From the IMG/VR virus record IMGVR_UViG_3300021135_000008: a stretch of DNA of 20,000 nt; one strand, 5' to 3'. A model generated the notes under the pieces. It ran no database searches, was not told the DNA's origin, and saw only the letters and a program-made list of their open reading frames with translations. The number at the start of each line of letters is the position of its first letter. Within the stretch, counting starts at the first letter, position 1. Made by a program: the position numbers and the translations under genes. This document shows positions 13,157 through 20,000 of the stretch, piece after piece. Source of the DNA: an uncultured virus (IMG/VR IMGVR_UViG_3300021135_000008). Lineage: Duplodnaviria > Heunggongvirae > Uroviricota > Caudoviricetes.

Positions 13157-13231
13157 GCAGGTAGGTCGGCAAGGTGTCGAGGAGTCCTCATAAGGCTTTC
13201 AAGGTTGGTTCGACTCCAACTTCCTGCACCA
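13157..13231 (+). tRNA. tRNA with CAT anticodon (Met or lysidine-modified Ile2)
   Basis: GAGTC-CTCATAA-GGCTT; TTCGACT; ACCA. Confidence 0.85.
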
Positions 13232-13272
13232 ATATATAAACTAGTGACGACAACGCTAGACGAGGATTGATC

Positions 13273-14025
13273 ATGAAGGCCTACATCTTATACATTGACA
13301 AGGGTGACTCCAAGAAGTACGCTCTCGACACGCTCGCCTCATGCGAGGAACACGGTGTCGATGCTGAGCTCTTTCGCGGAGTGCACGGACTACTCAACGC
13401 CGACATCACGAAGAAGTACGGGTACACCATGGGTCGTCCCGGAACCTTCGACGACGATCGTCAGTATCATAGAGAGTTCTGCTGCTCACTCGGTCACATG
13501 TTTATCTGGATGAAGATCATTCAAGAGAACCAGCCAGCAGTGGTACTCGAGCACGACGCGGTGGTCAAGGCACCACTCAACGACATCAAGGTCAACGACG
13601 GCGAGATCCTATGGCTGGGACCGCGCGTATGGAACCGAGACGACTACTCAGTACCTAACGAGAGGGTATCTTTCAAGAAGGTAGACCACTTCGAGGGTAC
13701 ACACGCCTACGCCATCACGCCTATGACGGCTAGGAAGATGCTCGGCGCTATATTCTACACCAACCACATCACTATGAACGTGGACGGTCTTATGGGAGTC
13801 AACAACTCCTTCGGCATGAACCTCATGGCAGTCGACCCTCCACTGGTCGTCGCCGAGGTAGGTGACAGGGATACGTATGCTCAGGCCCCCGAGAAGGGGA
13901 ACGCTGAGACGAACTGGGAGAACCTTCCTGGATTCTTGAGAGGTCTTAGACAGGGTGTCAAGCCGTTCAAGACTACCAGCGAGGCGGTGAAGAAGCAGTC
14001 ACCGGTGTTCTCCTACAAAGCTTAA
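13273..14025 (+). CDS. Glycosyltransferase family 25-like protein
   Basis: CSLGH..IW..I....VVLEHDA and GTHAYAITPMTARKML motifs. Confidence 0.82.
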   Translation: MKAYILYIDKGDSKKYALDTLASCEEHGVDAELFRGVHGLLNADITKKYGYTMGRPGTFDDDRQYHREFCCSLGHMFIWMKIIQENQPAVVLEHDAVVKAPLNDIKVNDGEILWLGPRVWNRDDYSVPNERVSFKKVDHFEGTHAYAITPMTARKMLGAIFYTNHITMNVDGLMGVNNSFGMNLMAVDPPLVVAEVGDRDTYAQAPEKGNAETNWENLPGFLRGLRQGVKPFKTTSEAVKKQSPVFSYKA

Positions 14026-14100
14026 ATCGGTCAGGGAAAGTGGTAATCCGCAGGTCTCCAAAACCTTGAGAACTCAGTTCGATTCTGAGGACCGGTGCCA
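14026..14100 (+). tRNA. tRNA-Trp(CCA)
   Basis: AGGT-CTCCAAA-ACCT; GCCA. Confidence 0.88.
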
Positions 14101-14121
14101 GCATCTTAAACAGAGAACTAT

Positions 14122-14778
14122 ATGAACAAGAAGATCGCGCTATTCATAGACCATCCATACTGCTCGATCCACGGTGTCAACGGCATACTGAACGTGCTTC
14201 AACCGTACTACCAGTTTAAGATCTTTACTAGACAAGATATTCTCTATGATGACTGGTTCGACGACGTCGAGATGATAGCAGTTCCTGGAGGTCTAGGCGA
14301 CGCGTCTAAGTTCAGCATGATCATGAGGTGGCATATACCGGTGATAAGAGACTTCATCTTACACAGAGGAGGTCGCTACCTCGGCATATGCATGGGTGCC
14401 TACTGGGCCGGAAAAGAATACCTAGACATCCTAGATGATCGCGACTGCGTACAGTACCTTGCTCGTCCTAATACGGATACGAGAAGGCCGCATGCCAAGC
14501 ATCTAGAAGTCACGTGGAAAGACGAGAAAGAGAAGATGTTCTGGTACGACGGCTGCAGCATCGTCGGCGACGGCAGGTTCGACGTGGTCGCTAGATATGG
14601 AAACGGTGACGTGATGGCCGGCTATCAAGACAGGATAGGTCTCATAGGTTCCCACCCTGAAGCTCAGAGGCACTGGTACACCGAGTACGGCTGGATGAGG
14701 AAGGAATGGGACGAAGACAGGGAGAAGAAGAACCACGGTCTATTGCTAGACTTTGTAGAGGAACTAATGAAGAGATAA
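14122..14778 (+). CDS. Class I glutamine amidotransferase-like protein (BPL_N-like)
   Basis: VPGG, GGRYLGICMGAY nucleophile elbow, HPE. Confidence 0.85.
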   Translation: MNKKIALFIDHPYCSIHGVNGILNVLQPYYQFKIFTRQDILYDDWFDDVEMIAVPGGLGDASKFSMIMRWHIPVIRDFILHRGGRYLGICMGAYWAGKEYLDILDDRDCVQYLARPNTDTRRPHAKHLEVTWKDEKEKMFWYDGCSIVGDGRFDVVARYGNGDVMAGYQDRIGLIGSHPEAQRHWYTEYGWMRKEWDEDREKKNHGLLLDFVEELMKR

Positions 14779-14854
14779 GCTTGGGTAGCTCAGTTGGTAG
14801 AGCAGTGGTTTGAAGAACCACGTGCCGGCGGTTCGATCCCGTCTCCAAGCACCA
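14779..14854 (+). tRNA. tRNA-Phe(GAA)
   Basis: GTGGT-TTGAAGA-ACCAC; ACCA. Confidence 0.93.
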
Positions 14855-14858
14855 TAAC

Positions 14859-14935
14859 GGACACGTAGCTCAACTGAATAGAGCGCCGCGCTACGAACGC
14901 GGAGGTTAGGGGTTTGAGTCCTCTCGTGTCCACCA
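14859..14935 (+). tRNA. tRNA-Arg(ACG)
   Basis: CCGCG-CTACGAA-CGCGG; ACCA. Confidence 0.93.
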
Positions 14936-14956
14936 TATATAAGACAGGAGGCAGCA

Positions 14957-15442
14957 ATGAAGAAGATCGACGTCAACGAAGTGAAAGAGTTCCTAGATAC
15001 TATGGGACCTGAGACGAAGATCTACATCGGCTGCGACTCCGAGAGGTTCCCCATCAAGGGTCAGTGGCACGCCGACTACACGCTGGTAGTGGTGGTGCAC
15101 ATGGACGGTAAGAGGGGATGCAAGATATTCGGAGAGATCCAACGTGAGCGCGACTACGACACCATAAAGGGTAAGCCTAGGCTGCGTCTCATGAATGAAA
15201 CTTTTAAAATTGCTGATCTTTATATGAAGTTAGCTGAAGTTTTAGAAGATCGACATGTAGAAGTGCATTTGGATATTAATCCTGATGAACATCACGGTTC
15301 ATCATGTGTAATTAATGAGGCTACAGGGTATATTAGAGGTATGTGTAACGTGATTCCTATGGTAAAACCAAATGCTTGGGCTGCCAGCTACGCCGCAGAC
15401 CGCATGAAAGAAATTTTATACAACCAACAAAAGACAGCATAA
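14957..15442 (+). CDS. RNase H-like protein, YkuK/DUF458 family
   Basis: IYIGCDS, RLMNE, EVHLDIN...GSS, KPNAWAASYAADR motifs. Confidence 0.88.
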   Translation: MKKIDVNEVKEFLDTMGPETKIYIGCDSERFPIKGQWHADYTLVVVVHMDGKRGCKIFGEIQRERDYDTIKGKPRLRLMNETFKIADLYMKLAEVLEDRHVEVHLDINPDEHHGSSCVINEATGYIRGMCNVIPMVKPNAWAASYAADRMKEILYNQQKTA

Positions 15443-15447
15443 TCAAA

Positions 15448-15488
15448 ATCAGCATTCTTATAAATAAAATATAAGAATGCTGATGGAG
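15448..15488 (+). promoter_or_regulatory. Late promoter inside a 15-bp hairpin adjoining the RBS
   Basis: ATCAGCATTCTTATA/TATAAGAATGCTGAT perfect inverted repeat; TATAAATA at 15459-15466; GGAG follows. Confidence 0.85.
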
Positions 15489-15494
15489 ATATAA

Positions 15495-16100
15495 ATGAAT
15501 TATTTAAAAATATATAGTCAAATAATTGATAGGGCAAAAAACAATTTAAGAGAAGGTTATTTAGAAAAACATCATATTGTTCCAAAGTGTATTGGTGGTG
15601 ATGATACTTTATCAAATTTGGTTCTTTTAACTGCAAGAGAACATTATATTTGTCATTGGTTATTAGCTAAACATTATAAATTAAAACCTCTATGGGCTGC
15701 TTTTGCTATGATGAATGTATCATCGATTAAACATAATAGATTAAATGGTAGTCGATATTTTGAAAGAGCTAGAATAGCTAGATCTTATGCCATGTCAGGT
15801 GAAGGTAATCCTAGATTTGGCACTCCTTCTTCGTGTATTAAACATACCGAAGAAACAAAACAAAAAATTAGAGAATCAAAATTAGGTAAAAAGAGAGCTC
15901 CTTTTAAAAGATCATCACCTAATGAAGAAACTAGAAATAGAATATCACAAGCCAATAAAGGTAAAGCAGCTTGGAATAAAGGTATAGAAACTGTTAAAGA
16001 AGAATGTCCGCATTGTAATAAAATGGTTGATAGGTTAAATATGAAAAAATGGCATGGTGATAAATGTAAACTATCACCTCTTAATAGGAGTATATTATGA
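15495..16100 (+). CDS. HNH homing endonuclease with NUMOD3-type DNA-binding repeats
   Basis: EKHHIVPKCIGGDD..SNLVLLTAREHYICHWLL; HTEETKQKIRES, NEETRNRISQANKG; C-terminal CPHC; very AT-rich. Confidence 0.92.
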   Translation: MNYLKIYSQIIDRAKNNLREGYLEKHHIVPKCIGGDDTLSNLVLLTAREHYICHWLLAKHYKLKPLWAAFAMMNVSSIKHNRLNGSRYFERARIARSYAMSGEGNPRFGTPSSCIKHTEETKQKIRESKLGKKRAPFKRSSPNEETRNRISQANKGKAAWNKGIETVKEECPHCNKMVDRLNMKKWHGDKCKLSPLNRSIL

Positions 16101-16312
16101 CATTGATGTCACCGGAAGATGTTGAATATCACCAAACCAAACTTGATCGTATTATTCAAAAAGATACGATTGATTCTTGGACTTATGTTAAAGTTCTTCA
16201 ACATGAAATTGAATATCTAAAAAGTCAATTTCAAGATCATGATACAGGTCATCTTAGGACAGCAGTCAGTGTTCTCGAGAACCGTGTAAGAGAACTACGT
16301 ATACATATGTAA
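16097..16312 (+). CDS. Hypothetical protein (71 aa)
   Basis: ORF track; SD AGGAG; ATGA overlap. Confidence 0.75.
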   Translation: MTLMSPEDVEYHQTKLDRIIQKDTIDSWTYVKVLQHEIEYLKSQFQDHDTGHLRTAVSVLENRVRELRIHM

Positions 16313-16320
16313 TTATAATT

Positions 16321-16395
16321 GCGGGTGTAGCTCAGTGGTAGAGCTTCAGTTTTCCAAACTGACTGTCGAGGGTTCGATCCCCTTCGCCCGCTCCA
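16321..16395 (+). tRNA. tRNA-Gly(TCC)
   Basis: TCAGT-TTTCCAA-ACTGA; TCCA. Confidence 0.95.
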
Positions 16396-16396
16396 G

Positions 16397-16915
16397 TTAC
16401 TGTTCGTTAGTAGACGGGTTGTCGTCGTCGGCACTGAGCTGGACGGGACCCGTATACTGAAGATCATAGTCGGAAGGCCAGCGAATAGAGTGAAGCCTAC
16501 TCTTCGACACCCTAGCCCTGCAGACCATGTTGTTCTGGTTTCCACCTAGGATGTGGTAGGCTTCCTCGTCGTCCTCGCCGAGGTAGAACCCTACGTGTCC
16601 GCCGCCGTTCCTAGTGAACACCATGACTGCGCCGACCGACGGTTCAGAGAGCCCCTGTCCCCAGTTACCGTACTCGAGCGCGCTCAGCGGGTTCTTAGGT
16701 ACCATGAGACCGTTCTCGGACATGCAGTGGGCAATGAACAGTCCACACCAAGGAATGTCGTCGTGCTGGTAGTACTTGGCAGCGTATCCGCCCAGTGCCT
16801 CTGCCCAGCTGATGATCTGCGGGTTGCTAGGCTCATCGGGATGGTGCCTAAGGTCGACTCTGAAGCGCTCGACGCCGATCAGACTCTCAGCGGTATTCAT
16901 CCATGGTAGAGACAT
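16397..16915 (-). CDS. TIGR02594-like NlpC/P60-CHAP superfamily peptidoglycan peptidase
   Basis: N-terminal LPWM, PWCGLF, GGHVGFY, LGGNQ motifs; SD GAGGAG. Confidence 0.88.
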   Translation of the reverse strand: MSLPWMNTAESLIGVERFRVDLRHHPDEPSNPQIISWAEALGGYAAKYYQHDDIPWCGLFIAHCMSENGLMVPKNPLSALEYGNWGQGLSEPSVGAVMVFTRNGGGHVGFYLGEDDEEAYHILGGNQNNMVCRARVSKSRLHSIRWPSDYDLQYTGPVQLSADDDNPSTNEQ

Positions 16916-16959
16916 GTTTTCCTCCTATGCTCTCTCCTACAAACATATATATCTTTAAT

Positions 16960-17034
16960 GCGGACGTAACTCAGGGGTAGAGTTTTTGCTTGCCAAGCAA
17001 AATGTCGTGGGTTCGAATCCCATCGTCCGCTCCA
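16960..17034 (+). tRNA. tRNA-Gly(GCC)
   Basis: TTTGC-TTGCCAA-GCAAA; TCCA. Confidence 0.93.
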
Positions 17035-17053
17035 ATCTTTTGGAGTGTTCGTT

Positions 17054-18022
17054 ATGAAGAGACTACTGTACGTCGTACACAGGTACGCGCCGTTTCCTGG
17101 AGGCTCTGAGAACTACGTCAGGGATATGGCCGAGGAGTCGGTAAGGAGAGGCCATGAGGTCTGGGTCTTCACCGGCACTCACAAGGGAAACAACATCAAC
17201 GGAGTCAACGTCACCAGTGACTCAAGCATCCTCGGCACACCTTTCGACCTGATCATCGTACACGGCGGCGACGTCGGTGTACAAGACTTCGTGCTCAGAC
17301 AAGCACAGCACATACCCTCTCCCATCCTCTTCATGCTCATCCTACCGTCGAACAGCGACCTATACAAGCGGGCCAGTAAGAACGTCGCTTTCGTTGGATG
17401 CTCTACTGAAGAGGACTGGGAGTGGGTAGACGCCAACTGTCAAGGCAGGGGCGTGCAGGTCCGCCACGGCATCGACATGAAGAAGGCAATCGGCGTCGAC
17501 GGCTTCAAGAAGAAGTTCGGCATCGACACGGAGTACATGTTCCTGTCGTGCGGAGGGTACTGGCAGAACAAGGCCATGAAGGAGCTGGTCGACCTGTTCA
17601 ACCAACTCGGTCGCACAGACGTCACCATGGTGACCACGGGGTACGCCCTCGACCCGAGCCTGATACCACAGGACTCTAGGTACGTCAAGAACCTAATACT
17701 CGACGACCGTCAAGACGTACTCAACGCCCTCTTAGAGGCTGACTTATACGTCATGCACTCCTTCAAGGAGGGATTCGGTCTAGTACTGCTCGAGGCTATG
17801 GTCAACCTTACGCCTTGGGCTGCTAGGTACAATGCAGGCGCTCGACTCATGCGTGACTACGGCTTCACCTACAAGGAAGACCAACAGCTGCTGCAGTTCA
17901 TGCGCGACTACAGGACACCAAAGAACTACGACGTCCTGATACCTCGCAAGCGATACGCCATGGAGAACCACCTTATAAGTAACACTGTGGACGATATTAT
18001 GAGGTTGATAGATGACAAATAA
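17054..18022 (+). CDS. Glycosyltransferase family 4 (GT-B)
   Basis: YAPFPGGSE N-terminus; EGFGLVLLEAM motif. Confidence 0.9.
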   Translation: MKRLLYVVHRYAPFPGGSENYVRDMAEESVRRGHEVWVFTGTHKGNNINGVNVTSDSSILGTPFDLIIVHGGDVGVQDFVLRQAQHIPSPILFMLILPSNSDLYKRASKNVAFVGCSTEEDWEWVDANCQGRGVQVRHGIDMKKAIGVDGFKKKFGIDTEYMFLSCGGYWQNKAMKELVDLFNQLGRTDVTMVTTGYALDPSLIPQDSRYVKNLILDDRQDVLNALLEADLYVMHSFKEGFGLVLLEAMVNLTPWAARYNAGARLMRDYGFTYKEDQQLLQFMRDYRTPKNYDVLIPRKRYAMENHLISNTVDDIMRLIDDK

Positions 18023-19385
18023 GCTGCTGATACTGGACCTCGATGGGACGCTCATCGAGTCACGCGACATCCACTTTGAAGCGCTCAACGACGCGCTCAG
18101 GGAAGTCGGAGAGGAGTACGTCATATCAAGGGACGAACACCTCAGCACGTACGACGGACTAAACACTACCAAGAAGCTTGAGATGCTCTCGACTAGGAAG
18201 GGTCTCGACCGTAGGTACTTCGACCAGATCTGGAAGAAGAAGCAGGAGGCTACGTTCCACCACCTGTCTAGGCTCGGTCCAAACTACGCTGCACAGTCCA
18301 TCATCACTACCGCAAAGGGTCGTGGGTGGAAGGTAGCAGTGGCGAGTAACTCTATACGTGAGACCATCCGCATCGCACTCAACGCGATCGGAGTCCTCCC
18401 GATGGTTGACTATATAATGAGTAATGAGGACGTCAAGTATACCAAGCCGTTCCCCGAGATGTACTGGCGCTGCATGATAGCGCTGAACGCCCTGCCGAAG
18501 AACACCCTCATCATAGAGGACTCTCACATCGGTCGCAGGGGTGCTCTCGACTCAGGCGGTCACTTGCTTCCCGTGGAAGACTCATATGATCTCAGCGTAG
18601 AGAAGGTGATTAACAAGATGAACGAACTCGAGAGTGAATTTACAGAAGTCAACGTGCCGTGGCGCGACTCAAAGCTCAACGTACTCATCCCAATGGCTGG
18701 TGCGGGTTCTAGGTTCGCAGCTGCTGGCTACACGTTCCCCAAGCCGCTCATCGAGGTGCACGGCAAGCCGATGATCCAAGTGGTCGTCGACAACCTGAAC
18801 ATGCAGGCCAACTACGTCTTCATCGTCCAGCGCGAACACTACGAGAAGTACAACCTCAAGTACGTGCTCAACCTCATCGCCCCTAACTGCAAGATCGTTC
18901 AGGTCGATGGGTTGACCGAGGGAGCTGCGTGTACTACGCTCCTTGCCAAGGAGTTCATCGACAACGACGAGCACCTAATCATCGCCAACAGTGACCAGTT
19001 CATTGAGTGGGACTCCAACGAGGCCATGTACGCCTTCGGTGCCGACGACATCGACGCGGGCATCTTGACTTTCAAGTCTACCCACCCTAAGTGGTCGTAC
19101 GCGAGCCTAGACGAGAACGGCTTCGTCGCCGAGGTAGCAGAGAAGAAGGTCATCTCGGACCACGCTACTGTCGGCGTGTACTACTGGAACAAGGGATCCG
19201 ACTACGTCAAGTACGCAGAGCAGATGATCGCCAAGGACATCAGAGTCAACAACGAGTTCTACGTGTGCCCGGTGTTCAACGAGGCCATTCAAGACGGCAA
19301 GCGAGTACGCATCAAGGAAGTAAAGAAGATGTGGGGCATCGGTACGCCTGAGGACCTCGGCTACTTCTTGGAGCACCACAAATGA
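18012..19385 (+). CDS. HAD phosphatase fused to sugar nucleotidyltransferase-like domain
   Basis: DLDGTL, KPFPE, IEDS (HAD); PMAGAGSRF...PKPLI, NNEFYV, GTPEDL (NTP transferase). Confidence 0.9.
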   Translation: MTNKLLILDLDGTLIESRDIHFEALNDALREVGEEYVISRDEHLSTYDGLNTTKKLEMLSTRKGLDRRYFDQIWKKKQEATFHHLSRLGPNYAAQSIITTAKGRGWKVAVASNSIRETIRIALNAIGVLPMVDYIMSNEDVKYTKPFPEMYWRCMIALNALPKNTLIIEDSHIGRRGALDSGGHLLPVEDSYDLSVEKVINKMNELESEFTEVNVPWRDSKLNVLIPMAGAGSRFAAAGYTFPKPLIEVHGKPMIQVVVDNLNMQANYVFIVQREHYEKYNLKYVLNLIAPNCKIVQVDGLTEGAACTTLLAKEFIDNDEHLIIANSDQFIEWDSNEAMYAFGADDIDAGILTFKSTHPKWSYASLDENGFVAEVAEKKVISDHATVGVYYWNKGSDYVKYAEQMIAKDIRVNNEFYVCPVFNEAIQDGKRVRIKEVKKMWGIGTPEDLGYFLEHHK

Positions 19386-20000
19386 ACAACCTATACAACA
19401 ACAAGTCGAGCATCCACTCTAACCAGAACATCTACGACGCGTTCAACAACTTCATCTTCAGTCAGGACCGCAACGTATTCAACAAGCTGGTCTCGAAGAT
19501 CGAGTTCTACAAGATGACTCAGCACCTCAACGGCGACATCGTCGAGTGCGGCGTGTTCAAGGGTTCGGGCATGCTGGCGTGGCTCAAGCTCATCGACCTC
19601 TTCGAACCCAACTCACTCAAGAAGTGCGTAGGCTTTGACTTCTTCGGTGATGAGTTCGTCGACGAGCTGAAGAACGACATCGACCGTGAGACCATGAGAC
19701 AGGTGTTCACTCGCGACAAGAACATCAAGCAGGACGACGTCTCGATTGAAGGCATCAGGAACAAGATCCTGTCTGCCGGAATCAAGGAGAACAAGTTCGA
19801 GCTCATCGGCGGCGACATCGGCGAGACGAGCTTTACAGCTACCAAGGAGCGTCCTGGATTCAGGATCAGCGTACTGAACCTAGACCTAGACCTCGAGGAG
19901 CCTACCTACGCTACCCTCGTCAACCTATGGGACAACGTGGTCTCGGGCGGCGTGGTGATCTTTGACGAGTACGGCTACCACAGCTGGAGCGAGTCGAACG
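19382..20000 (+). CDS. TylF/MycF/NovP-family O-methyltransferase (partial)
   Basis: Hand translation GDIVECGVFKGSG, GFDFF, DLDLEEPT...GGVVIFDEY; runs off the window. Confidence 0.88.
   Translation, partial: MNNLYNNKSSIHSNQNIYDAFNNFIFSQDRNVFNKLVSKIEFYKMTQHLNGDIVECGVFKGSGMLAWLKLIDLFEPNSLKKCVGFDFFGDEFVDELKNDIDRETMRQVFTRDKNIKQDDVSIEGIRNKILSAGIKENKFELIGGDIGETSFTATKERPGFRISVLNLDLDLEEPTYATLVNLWDNVVSGGVVIFDEYGYHSWSESN

Noticed and set aside
10514..13270. Track ORFs overlapping the tRNA array (10514, 10587, 11111, 11118, 11775, 12314, 12384, 12706, 12796, 13049)
   Set aside because: They overlap tRNA or structured RNA genes and show no protein-like motifs.
1..20000. Stop-codon reassignment or suppressor tRNA
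   Set aside because: Genes read normally in code 11 and no CTA/TTA/TCA anticodon was found.
1..20000. Apparent abundance of palindromes (GTCGAC, CTCGAG, CTAG, GTAC) as a sign of modified DNA
   Set aside because: Visual impression only and largely explicable by codon usage; needs Markov-corrected k-mer counts.

Overview
A 20-kb segment of a large T4-like lytic phage genome; an alphaproteobacterial host is inferred, not shown. Positions 1-6950 are a divergent early/host-takeover region of small ORFs, most with their own strong sigma70 promoter. It also holds an RHH protein gene set within 12-bp-periodic GGTC arrays and a P-loop ATPase. Positions 6950-17040 are a tRNA region: 24 tRNA genes, two tRNA-like remnants, about 9 unexplained structured RNAs, two HNH homing endonucleases, T4-type late promoters (TATAAATA) and interspersed enzymes. 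Positions 17040-20000 begin a glycan-modification cluster. Main finding: directly upstream of the main tRNA array is a late-promoter-driven leaderless 35-codon ORF (10141-10248) that uses all 20 amino acids and 31 different codons. Its stop-codon region forms an antiterminator against an intrinsic terminator. This is the layout of a ribosome-stalling attenuator that would sense shortage of any aminoacyl-tRNA and switch on the phage tRNA array. All family calls come from motif recognition; no searches were run.
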